Shown here piece after piece: positions 36,914 to 46,500 of a DNA stretch of 64,000 bases (position 1 is the stretch's first letter; every line of letters starts with the position of its first letter). The DNA comes from a virus (taxonomy: Duplodnaviria > Heunggongvirae > Uroviricota > Caudoviricetes): the IMG/VR virus record IMGVR_UViG_3300042891_002161; one strand, 5' to 3'. The notes beneath the pieces are model-generated. The model searched no databases, was not told the origin of the DNA, and saw only the letters and a program-made list of their open reading frames with translations. A program made the position numbers and the translations under genes.

Positions 36914-37871
36914 TGACTTTATAAATGAGTCTTTAGTTGCTAAGCCAAAATTAACAAAACAATCACTTGATTTTATTATAAGTAGAGTTATTTTAAAAGT
37001 ACCAGGTACTGGTAAAGAAACTATACAAGAGTTAAGAGATGATTTTGAAGAGTCAGTAATTGCTATGTCTGATTTTTATCCTGGTTGGTTTTCTGATATG
37101 TGTAAAAGGAAAGATGCTAACCCTGAAGCTGATTATCAAGAAATGCAAAATTTGCTTAATAAAAAAGGTTGGGACTTTGAATCAATTAAAAACTTATTCA
37201 GCGAAGAAGCTAATAAATTAGTTGATAAAGATTTTGATGGTTGGTTTAATAGTTATGGACAAATAGGAAGTCAAAATGGTCACTGTGATGTTTATCTTTA
37301 TTTTACTGCTAAAAAATTAGGATTAAATGCTAATGATATTATTTCATTAGGTGGAGATGGATGGGCCTCTTATGCTGAAGGTGATGAGATGTACATCAGA
37401 TATAAATATGGTTATCATCAAACTAAATATGGTCAATTAATGTTAGATCAAATAGGTTATACAGTTGAACAATTTAGAGAAGAAGCTTTAGTTTATTTAC
37501 AACAAGATATTAAAGATAACTGGAGTGAGATGATATCATCAAGTGTTATGCGTAATGGTGTAATTAATAAAGTTCCAGTTAGAAGATCCGATTTAGGTGA
37601 TAATCTGATAAAAAATTTAACTTCTTTTTTAAGATCATCAATTCAAATTGAAGATTTTACTTTAGTTGAAGATGATAGAATGATTATATACACAAATGAA
37701 ATGGCTGATACTATTAATAAAGCTTTTCCAGATACAACAACATCAGAAGAAATGTCGGCTGGTATAGTTAAGTATTTAGAATGGGCCGGAAATGATACTG
37801 AAGAAGATGAAAGAATTGAAGTTATTGATGGTGATGTTGTCATTTGGGGTAAATTCAAAGTTGATTTCTAA
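36888..37871 (+). CDS. hypothetical protein with a CTS-like leader (MKKNLKKYNDFINES)
   Basis: 327 aa. Best match to the leader consensus. Confidence 0.6.
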   Translation: MKKNLKKYNDFINESLVAKPKLTKQSLDFIISRVILKVPGTGKETIQELRDDFEESVIAMSDFYPGWFSDMCKRKDANPEADYQEMQNLLNKKGWDFESIKNLFSEEANKLVDKDFDGWFNSYGQIGSQNGHCDVYLYFTAKKLGLNANDIISLGGDGWASYAEGDEMYIRYKYGYHQTKYGQLMLDQIGYTVEQFREEALVYLQQDIKDNWSEMISSSVMRNGVINKVPVRRSDLGDNLIKNLTSFLRSSIQIEDFTLVEDDRMIIYTNEMADTINKAFPDTTTSEEMSAGIVKYLEWAGNDTEEDERIEVIDGDVVIWGKFKVDF

Positions 37872-37918
37872 ACTTATCTTTCAATAGATTGTATAAAATA
37901 CAAATTAAATTAATTTAA

Positions 37919-39034
37919 ATGATAATAAATCTTAAATCCGAAACTGAGTTATCTGGTTTCTACGTTGTATATGAAGGTTCAACTAATCTTGAGAAAAAAG
38001 GTTGGTTTGGTATCTCTCACTTAATGGAACATTTAATGTGTAAAAACTTTGACCATCTTCAAGAAGATTTTGACAAAGACGGCATTGATTGGAATGCTTA
38101 CACAAGTTCAAATGAAATTGTTTTTTATCTAACAGGTTTAGATGAAAAAGTAAATAAGTGGAAAGGTGAGTTTATGGACTTACTTGGTGAATTTAATGTT
38201 ACTAAAGAACAATTTGAAAATGAAAGAAACATTGTACTTGAAGAGTACATGGATTGTTTCAATGACCAAACTCAAACACATATGTTAAATCTTTCTCGTA
38301 AATTATTTGGTGATTATGATCCAATTGGGTTAAAAGAAGATTTAGAAAAATTAAAGTATATGGATTGTTTGAATTTCTTTGAACTTCAATATGCTAAGCC
38401 TACTAAGATTATTAACGTATCTAAAAACAAACCTTACAAAAACAACACTATTGATTTTGCTAAAAGAGATATTACAAAAACTTTAGAATTTGGTGAAAAT
38501 GATGTTCCTTTAGAATTGAGTAATGAGTTCAAAGACAAAACATCTATCGCAATTCTTTCTCCAGTGATTGAAGAAGATTTTGCTTATGTTCACTTTATTA
38601 ACGCAATGTTATCACTAGGTTTGAAGTCTCCTTTATATCAAGAAATTAGAGAGAAAAGAGGTTTAGTTTATTATGTACATTGTTATCAATCAAGAGTTAA
38701 TAATCAAGGTATCAATACTATCTCAACTCAAACTTCTAATAAAAACTACAATGGTGTAGTTGATGCGGTTAAAGAGGTAATTACAAACCCTGATAAGTAT
38801 TTAACAAAAGAAAGATTTGATTTAGTTAAGGATTACTATAAAGTAAGAATGGCTAAAGATGAGATTCTTAGATACAAGAATGTTAATCAATACATAAATC
38901 CTGAGGGTTGGTCAGTTTATGATATTTTAGATAAAGTTAATATGAAGAAAATCAAAGAAGTGTATAAGAAATACTATAATTTTGATAACTTTTATGTTTC
39001 TAATGATAAAAAAGAATTTAAAAAGTCCAGTTAA
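37919..39034 (+). CDS. M16-family (pitrilysin/insulinase-like) zinc peptidase
   Basis: Inverted zinc motif HxxEH in GISHLMEHLMCKNFDH near the N-terminus. A single M16 domain of 371 aa. Confidence 0.6.
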   Translation: MIINLKSETELSGFYVVYEGSTNLEKKGWFGISHLMEHLMCKNFDHLQEDFDKDGIDWNAYTSSNEIVFYLTGLDEKVNKWKGEFMDLLGEFNVTKEQFENERNIVLEEYMDCFNDQTQTHMLNLSRKLFGDYDPIGLKEDLEKLKYMDCLNFFELQYAKPTKIINVSKNKPYKNNTIDFAKRDITKTLEFGENDVPLELSNEFKDKTSIAILSPVIEEDFAYVHFINAMLSLGLKSPLYQEIREKRGLVYYVHCYQSRVNNQGINTISTQTSNKNYNGVVDAVKEVITNPDKYLTKERFDLVKDYYKVRMAKDEILRYKNVNQYINPEGWSVYDILDKVNMKKIKEVYKKYYNFDNFYVSNDKKEFKKSS

Positions 39035-39096
39035 TCTGGACTTAAACTTTTTAAATTATTATACTATAATATTTAACAACATAACATAAAAATAAT

Positions 39097-39339
39097 ATGG
39101 AAAACAAATCAACAAAAGCACCAAGTATGAAATCTAAGACTTCTACAGGTACGACAAGGAAAACAAAAGCTACAGCAAAAACTGCTACAGCAACTGTTTC
39201 TCCTGTTAGTGAAAAAATGAGTAAATTAGAAACTGCTTATATGGCAGCAATTAGCGGCGAAATGAAATTTGGAGAAGTTAAATCTATCTTCAAAAAACTT
39301 CACAAAGAGATTAAGAGTTCTGTGAAGTCAAAAAATTAA
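39097..39339 (+). CDS. small basic Lys/Thr/Ala-rich protein (possible DNA-binding, histone-H1-like composition)
   Basis: KSKTSTGTTRKTKATAKTATATV. Confidence 0.4.
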   Translation: MENKSTKAPSMKSKTSTGTTRKTKATAKTATATVSPVSEKMSKLETAYMAAISGEMKFGEVKSIFKKLHKEIKSSVKSKN

Positions 39340-39346
39340 TCATTCA

Positions 39347-40069
39347 ATGCTGATACCTTATTTAGGAGAAAAATCTAAATTTGCGAACTTTATAGTACCA
39401 AACATTCCTACAAATATTTCTACTTATGTAGAGCCATTTGGTGGGATGTTTGGTATTTTTTTTGCCTTAGATTTTACTAAGTTTAAGGATATTAATTTTA
39501 TCTACAATGATAAAAACAATCTAAATTATTTACTATTCAAAAATCTAAGAAATCCAGATTTTATTGAACTATTTAAGAACACTGAAGTAGATGAAGATTA
39601 CTACAGAAGTTGTTTGAAAAATATGGTAACCGAAAAAGATGAAATGTTACTTTCTCTTTATTGGCTAGTTGTTTTAACTTGCTCATCTCCTTATGAAATT
39701 GGTAAAGATTCGTGGAGAGATAATACTGAGTTCAATATTCTCAAAATGAAACATCGTGCTTATGAGTACCATTTAGATAAAATTGATAAAATACATAACT
39801 ACGATTATAAAAAAGTAATTGAAATGTATGATTCGGAATCAACATTCTTTTATGTGGATCCACCTTATATGGGTAAAGAAGAGTATTATATAAATCACGA
39901 TTTTAATAAAGATACTCATGAAGAACTAGCTAAAGTTCTTAATAATATTAAAGGAAAATTCTTATTAAGTTATTATTACTTTGATGGGATTGAAGACCTT
40001 TATCCTAATTGCAAATTTGATTCTAAGATAACAATAATGGGAACAGAGTTAATAATTATGAATTATTAA
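39347..40069 (+). CDS. dam: DNA N6-adenine methyltransferase (Dam/D12 class)
   Basis: N-terminal PYLGEKSKF...YVEPFGGMFGIFFAL and the catalytic DPPY motif (FFYVDPPYMG). Confidence 0.8.
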   Translation: MLIPYLGEKSKFANFIVPNIPTNISTYVEPFGGMFGIFFALDFTKFKDINFIYNDKNNLNYLLFKNLRNPDFIELFKNTEVDEDYYRSCLKNMVTEKDEMLLSLYWLVVLTCSSPYEIGKDSWRDNTEFNILKMKHRAYEYHLDKIDKIHNYDYKKVIEMYDSESTFFYVDPPYMGKEEYYINHDFNKDTHEELAKVLNNIKGKFLLSYYYFDGIEDLYPNCKFDSKITIMGTELIIMNY

Positions 40070-40497
40070 ATTCTAAATAAACCAGATTCATCAGATTCAT
40101 CTAAGAAATGACCGACTCTAATCATAACATCATCATATTTACCACCTACTGGCATTATATGATGTGTTGAATCCACATTGGTGTCTTTAATATCACCAGT
40201 TGAGTAAACACATCTAACTGAATTAGGAATTCCTTGTCTATCGGCTAATTCTAAAAATTGATTATACATATCAGTTGCGATTTCTTCTACTGATTCTTTA
40301 GTAGTTGTACAACCAGGATGAACTGCTATATCCATAGGTATTACAACACTATCCGAATATTTAGTATTGATATAATTAGCAATCTCTTTAACATTTTGTT
40401 GAAATGAAGCAGGAGTTGAAGAAAATATATGACAATGTTTTATCCAAGCACTTGAACCCTTTGGGCAAATTTTAATATAAATTACTCCATATTCCAT
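40066..40497 (-). CDS. hypothetical protein
   Basis: 143-aa ORF. Confidence 0.45.
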   Translation of the reverse strand: MEYGVIYIKICPKGSSAWIKHCHIFSSTPASFQQNVKEIANYINTKYSDSVVIPMDIAVHPGCTTTKESVEEIATDMYNQFLELADRQGIPNSVRCVYSTGDIKDTNVDSTHHIMPVGGKYDDVMIRVGHFLDESDESGLFRI

Positions 40498-41025
40498 TTA
40501 TACAATAATTAAAAATTCTTTACAATCACCGTCGCCATTTCTAGTGATAGTTACAGCCCAACCTTCTTTAGAAGTCCAAGTTGCTGATTGATTTTCATCT
40601 AAGTTAAATCTTTTACCAGCCATTGGTATTGCCGCTTCAACTGGGTTATCATATAAAACAGCATAAGGTTGACCAACCTGTGGATTATTTACAGTTATTA
40701 AAAAAGTACCACTTACTGGGTGAATAATCTCAGCGGTAACATCTTTGATTAAACCTTGATTATACATTAATAACCAAGCAATATTACTATTCTCTTTGAA
40801 TGGATTAAAAATATCCCAAGGATTTAATCCATAAGTTCCTATCATATCAACACTATCTTTATCATCGCGTAGTACAGAAGTTTTAGTTTGAGCTGGACTA
40901 AAAGTAAGCATATTGACAGTTACACTTTTAACAACACCACCATCAGGTAAAGTTGATTTTTTTCTTTTAACAGTTAAATGACTGTCTTTGTAAAAAAAGT
41001 TTTTAATAATTCTTCTTAATTTCAT
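40498..41025 (-). CDS. hypothetical protein
   Basis: 175-aa ORF. Confidence 0.5.
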   Translation of the reverse strand: MKLRRIIKNFFYKDSHLTVKRKKSTLPDGGVVKSVTVNMLTFSPAQTKTSVLRDDKDSVDMIGTYGLNPWDIFNPFKENSNIAWLLMYNQGLIKDVTAEIIHPVSGTFLITVNNPQVGQPYAVLYDNPVEAAIPMAGKRFNLDENQSATWTSKEGWAVTITRNGDGDCKEFLIIV

Positions 41026-41028
41026 TTT

Positions 41029-41586
41029 TTAATAATTATTTTTTACCCACTCAACTAGTTTAAGTAAGTTTTCTGTGTTATGAGGATATTTATCTAAGAT
41101 TGATTCTAAGAATTTCAATCTACCTTCTTTATAAGCTTCACCATAAGCTTTAAATTCTTCGTGAATTCCGTTTTCCCATTCTAATAATTGATCGAAATCT
41201 CTTTCTACAATACTCATATCATAGTAATTAAAAGACTCTGAAAGGTTTGTTGTAGCTTCGTGAGTCTTTGTATCTAAAATCATTTGTCTTACTTCTAAAA
41301 CGTCTGAATTTGATTTATCTGAACAACATTCCATAAAGAAGTCAGCTGACTTTTCTTCATTATCACTTTTCATTGGATCATAAACACAATCGTGAAAAAG
41401 AGCTGTTAACATCAACTTCTCATATTCTTTATCAGAGTATTTTGACTTACTTTCGTTGATTTGGTCAATCACATCATTTAAGTGATTTAAGGTATGATAA
41501 GATCTATGAGATTCATTCCACATTGATAGTAATGTATTAACATCACATTTGATATTCCATTTGTTAAGTAATTCCTGTAAATTCAT
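41029..41586 (-). CDS. putative HD-domain phosphohydrolase
   Basis: His...HD...D arrangement: HRSYHTLNHLND ... LFHDCVYDPM. Confidence 0.4.
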   Translation of the reverse strand: MNLQELLNKWNIKCDVNTLLSMWNESHRSYHTLNHLNDVIDQINESKSKYSDKEYEKLMLTALFHDCVYDPMKSDNEEKSADFFMECCSDKSNSDVLEVRQMILDTKTHEATTNLSESFNYYDMSIVERDFDQLLEWENGIHEEFKAYGEAYKEGRLKFLESILDKYPHNTENLLKLVEWVKNNY

Positions 41587-41610
41587 AAAATTTTATTTCT
41601 TTTTGTTGAG

Positions 41611-41799
41611 TTATATATTAAAAAGCCGTTTTATGGTTTCTTTTCTTAGTCTTACTCTTTCATATTTACTATGAAGATGTTTCCAAGCCATTAAAGAAGC
41701 GGTGGCACTTGACTTACCAGTTTGCCTAGCCTTCAACATCATAATTTGTTTATTACCATTTAGATATTGACCAAATATATCAAGAGTTTCTTTATTCAT
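41611..41799 (-). CDS. small hypothetical protein
   Basis: 62-aa ORF. Confidence 0.35.
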   Translation of the reverse strand: MNKETLDIFGQYLNGNKQIMMLKARQTGKSSATASLMAWKHLHSKYERVRLRKETIKRLFNI

Positions 41800-41948
41800 A
41801 AATTCTTTTTATTTTTTCTTTTCGTTTTTCAATACGACCTCTATACTTACGAATATTCTTAACACGAATATTAAGTTTTTCCAATATGGATGGGTCTACC
41901 GTAGTAGCACTTATCATACTGATATGGTCAACTATTACAATGTCTCTT

Positions 41949-42503
41949 TTAATCATTTAATAAAGCATTAAGTTTATCTTCTCTTTTAATAGAAGTTATT
42001 TCACTATTTAATAGTTCATTTAGATTTTCAACTCCATCAAGTTGAACAGACTCTTTCATAAGATTATCAACTTTTTTTTGAAATCTGTCATTTAGAATTT
42101 GAGTAAATAAACAATTTGAGGTTTTTATCTCAACCATATTATTATTCCAGTTATCATTTTCATGTTTACAATATTGAATGTGAAGTGTATTAAAAGTACC
42201 TTCTTTTTTAGAAAGAACTAATAAATTATCTTTATTAATAACTATTGGGAAAAAATGATTAGTTTCAACTTGTGTAAATGTTTTTGGATTAACACCGGTA
42301 TAAGAATAAGCTTGATTTACTTTTACTTTATAACCCGTTGATATTTTCTTAAACATTGTTTTCAAAAGTACCAATTGTTCTACATAAGCTTTGAATCCAA
42401 GTTTATACATAGAGATAAAACTTGGAATTGATATAAGTAAAGCAAATAAAGGCACGACTATTAATAAAGCCGTAATCCAATCAACAATTGATATTTGTGA
42501 CAT
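41949..42503 (-). CDS. hypothetical membrane protein
   Basis: N-terminal transmembrane segment ISIVDWITALLIVVPLFALLISIPSFISMY. Confidence 0.5.
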   Translation of the reverse strand: MSQISIVDWITALLIVVPLFALLISIPSFISMYKLGFKAYVEQLVLLKTMFKKISTGYKVKVNQAYSYTGVNPKTFTQVETNHFFPIVINKDNLLVLSKKEGTFNTLHIQYCKHENDNWNNNMVEIKTSNCLFTQILNDRFQKKVDNLMKESVQLDGVENLNELLNSEITSIKREDKLNALLND

Positions 42504-42504
42504 A

Positions 42505-42735
42505 TTATTCTCCTAAAAGTTGGTCAATCTTATTATTTCTTTTCTCAGCCTTTTCTTTTGCTTCACGAATAGCTTTTTGTTCTTCAGATTCTTCAGTGAA
42601 GGATGTTGCGTTCATTTGGTCAAGTAAATCAGTGTAATCACTATATGTAGATTCTTTAGATTTATCTAAACCATAAACCATATAGTCGCCATATTTTTTA
42701 CCACCAAATATGTCTTTGTAATATTCTTCTTTCAT
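42505..42735 (-). CDS. small hypothetical protein
   Basis: 76 aa. Confidence 0.45.
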   Translation of the reverse strand: MKEEYYKDIFGGKKYGDYMVYGLDKSKESTYSDYTDLLDQMNATSFTEESEEQKAIREAKEKAEKRNNKIDQLLGE

Positions 42736-42736
42736 A

Positions 42737-43471
42737 TTAAATATTTTTTAAATCGTTTTTAACTTTTTCCATACCAGTTGATGCCAATTCTTGGTAATGA
42801 GTAAATAAGTCATTTCTGTATTCTGGTACATAGAAATCAAGGTCTGATAAATCCACATAGTAAATCTTAGCAGTTTCTCTAGTCAAAAATGGAATTGTAT
42901 TAGCAGGTGAAACTTTCATTGAAGTTCCAACAACAATACAAACATCACATTCTTTAGCCGCTTCTGTAGCCATATCAACAAAATCTGGATCTAGATTTTC
43001 ACCAAACCAAACAATATGCGGTCTTAATTGAGAACCAGTTGTTGGACATTTATCACCAATATTAATTGGATTATATCCTATATCAATAATATTATCTAGC
43101 GGTGATGTTTTGTGGTCATACATACAACCTCTCGCCTTTGTTAATTCACCGTGTAAGTGAATAATATTAGTTGAGCCTGCTCTTTCGTGTAAATCATCAA
43201 CATTCTGAGTTACAACAGTAACATCAAAATCTTTTTCTAAATCAGCAATTATTTTATGCGCCAAATTTGGCTCAACATCTTTCATTTGAGCACGACGCAT
43301 ATTGTAGAAATTAAGAACTTTTTCTCTATCTCTACGCCACCCACTAGGTGTGGCAACATCTTCTACTTTGTGATTATACCAAAGTCCGTCATCTCCAGTT
43401 CTAAAAGTAGCAACGCCACTTTCAGCTGAAACTCCTGCTCCAGTAAAAATCAATACTTTTTTCTTATTCAT
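42737..43471 (-). CDS. Sir2-family NAD-dependent deacylase (sirtuin)
   Basis: GAGVSAESGVATFRTGDDGLWY (NAD-binding GAGIS..SGIPTFRG..GLW), zinc-ribbon cysteines, VGTSMKV and a catalytic His context (HLHGEL). Confidence 0.85.
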   Translation of the reverse strand: MNKKKVLIFTGAGVSAESGVATFRTGDDGLWYNHKVEDVATPSGWRRDREKVLNFYNMRRAQMKDVEPNLAHKIIADLEKDFDVTVVTQNVDDLHERAGSTNIIHLHGELTKARGCMYDHKTSPLDNIIDIGYNPINIGDKCPTTGSQLRPHIVWFGENLDPDFVDMATEAAKECDVCIVVGTSMKVSPANTIPFLTRETAKIYYVDLSDLDFYVPEYRNDLFTHYQELASTGMEKVKNDLKNI

Positions 43472-43558
43472 ACTATTTTACAAAGATAATTAAATAAAGT
43501 TTAATAACAAAGAACGTCTTGATAAATAATATATACATAAAATTCCTTTGTTAAATAG

Positions 43559-46500
43559 ATGCCAACATATTCAGTAGATATAAATGTTAGAAAAAAAATA
43601 TTTAATATTCCATTAGATCCTATTAGTATTAGTTATACTGAGCCTTCTAGTAATGTTCCGACTTTAACAAATTCAAGTATTAGAACAATTGCTAATACAA
43701 TAGCTACAAGACCACAGTTAATAACAAGAGCTCAATTACAAAGTCTTGGTAATAATATTAATCTTGTAGGTTATGATCCATTGATTGGACTTGTTACAAA
43801 TTCAAATAAAACATTTAGTCCTAAATTATTAAATTGGGTTGAACCTTATGATTTGAATGCGAGTGGTACATATAAAACTATTTTCTATACAGAGGTAAAC
43901 TCTGAATTAAAAGTTGGTGATAAGGTATTTATATTAAATGGTAACTATGATAGTGACTTATTAATTCAAAAGAATAAATATAAAAAGGGAAGAGATGGTT
44001 ATAAAGTTTTATATGTTGATAAGTGTAAAATTGCATTAGATATAGATTATACTGGAGTTCTACCTTATAAATCAAGCATTGATGATGATTTTATCAAAAT
44101 ATATTATATTAGAAATCAGTCAGAGTTTTTACATGCTAACAGATCAGTAACTACAAAAAGCGGTAAGTTTGAAAATAAATTTAGTTATTACAATAATAAT
44201 ATAATTTATGTTGATAGTGCTTACACAACAACTGAATTTTGGGGTATAAATACCGGCGTTGCTGGACCAGGATTTTATGTTAGAAGTTCAACAGCAAGTT
44301 GGACAAATATTACAACTCCATTTATTACAACTGGTTCTTACTCATATGCAACACAGTCAGTGTCAAATAGAGTAAAAGTAATGAATGCTGACTTTACTTA
44401 TAATGGTAAAGAGTATAAAGAAGGATTTATTTATAAATGGTTTGTTGGTCCAACTCAATCTGAGTGGATTACAGATGTAACTTATTTTCCACCATACATT
44501 TCTAAAAGTAATTTTAGAGATGGTGTTTTTAATGGCAAATGGAATTCCGGTATATTTGGTCAATATTATAAAAAAATTAATTGGTTTGGTAATGGTTCGG
44601 TTTGGAATGTAGGAACACTTATTAATACAGATTGGAAAAAAGGAACTTTAGATTCATTATACACAGCTTCACAAAGTTATTTTTCAGGATTTGATAATAA
44701 TGGCTTACCATATCAAAAAGCCAACTCACCTAACAATGCTGGTAGAGGTTATAATTTTGTTTTAAATTCTAATATTAATCAATCAACAATTGTTAATGGT
44801 TCAATTTATAATACAAAAATTGGAACTCAATCTACAGCAACTTACTCAATTGTAGAAAATGAAATATTAGAATATAACACAACATATTTAAATACTATTA
44901 AAAGTGCGTTTTTTAATAAGTGTGAATTTAATAATTCATTTATTGAAAATTCAGAGTTAAAAAATACAATAGCTAATAATTCTAAGTTTGAAAAAGTAAA
45001 ATCTATAAATTCTTACTTTAACAAATCTGTTTTAAAAGACTCAAGTTATAATAGTGATAATATTATAAAAATATTTGCTTATGATGAATTAACCGCTTCT
45101 GAAAGTCCAAGTTTAGCCGGTTTAACATATAGTAATATAAATGATGTTGTTCAAAAGGTTTATAAATTTTATATTGACAAAAATGGTTATGAAAGACTTA
45201 GAACAGGTGATGCTTTTTATCTAAAAGGTATTAAAATAAACGATAATAAAAAAGAAGTAATTAACTTTTTTGATAAAAAGTTTAAGATAGGATCTTGGAC
45301 AGAATATATTGAAAGTGACTTCGGAACAGTAGTAAATGGTAAAAGAGGATATCAATATTCGGCTTTTCTATCATCACCATTAGATAATTCTTATAAATTT
45401 ACAAGTGCTACATTTTCTGAGACTTCTGGTATAAAATATCAAACAATCGCTTATACTAATAACAATAATAGTAATTATTATTCAATTGATTTATGGGTAA
45501 GTAACTATGATATAAACAATAGTAATACTGGTGGAGAAAATTTAAATTTCAATACAGGCATGACTGTGTATGGTGCTAGTCAGTTACAAGGTCCTAAGAA
45601 CTTAGGAAATATTGTTGATGTGACATCTGCTTACATTGTTGATGCTGATTTTGATAGTGGTTTAATGGAGAACTCTGATTGGAATAGTGGATCTCATATA
45701 GAATCAAATAATGATAATAACATTACAATACCTTCATTGTCTGGTGGCACTTATAGTCTTTCTATTAATAGCTCTAATTATATTGTTGCGACAACATCAT
45801 ATAGTTCTAATTACTCTGAATCTGATTTAATAGAGGTAGGTGATATAGTATTCTTAGATTCAGTTGATTTTAGTTATGGTTCAACTACAGCGGGATTACA
45901 AGATGCTTATAAAGTTATGTCAAATAGTAATGGTGTGTATCAATTAAAAGAAATTGGAACTGTTAGTAATATAATTGGTCTATATGGATTAAATGGTTAT
46001 TTTCACACTTATGGTGCAGAGAATAGATATGGTCATATTAAAAAATTAAAAATTAACAAAACAAATATTAAATCAGGATTTTTAAGAAGATCTTATATAA
46101 CAGGATCACTAATACAAAATTTAGAATTAAACTATTTAGATAAGGATTTATCTAACTTAGAAAATATTAAAAGTTTAGTTGTATCAGATTCAATATTTTC
46201 AGGTAGTGAAAATATACTTTCTAATGCTACTTATGAAAACTCTTTCTTCTTAAACATAGTAAAAGAATTAGACGGCAATGGATCAGATGTTTGGAATAGT
46301 GGTATTATACAAAATTCTATATGGGTTAGTGGTGTATTTAGCAATGGTGTTATTAGAGATTCAAGATGGATTGATGGTGTGTTCTTGAATGGTTGGTTCT
46401 ATAACTCAAGAACATTTAATGGTAATGCAACAGTTTCAAATCCATATTACTATTCAGAAAATATAAATTCTTATTATAGAAAAGGATTATTACCTAATAA

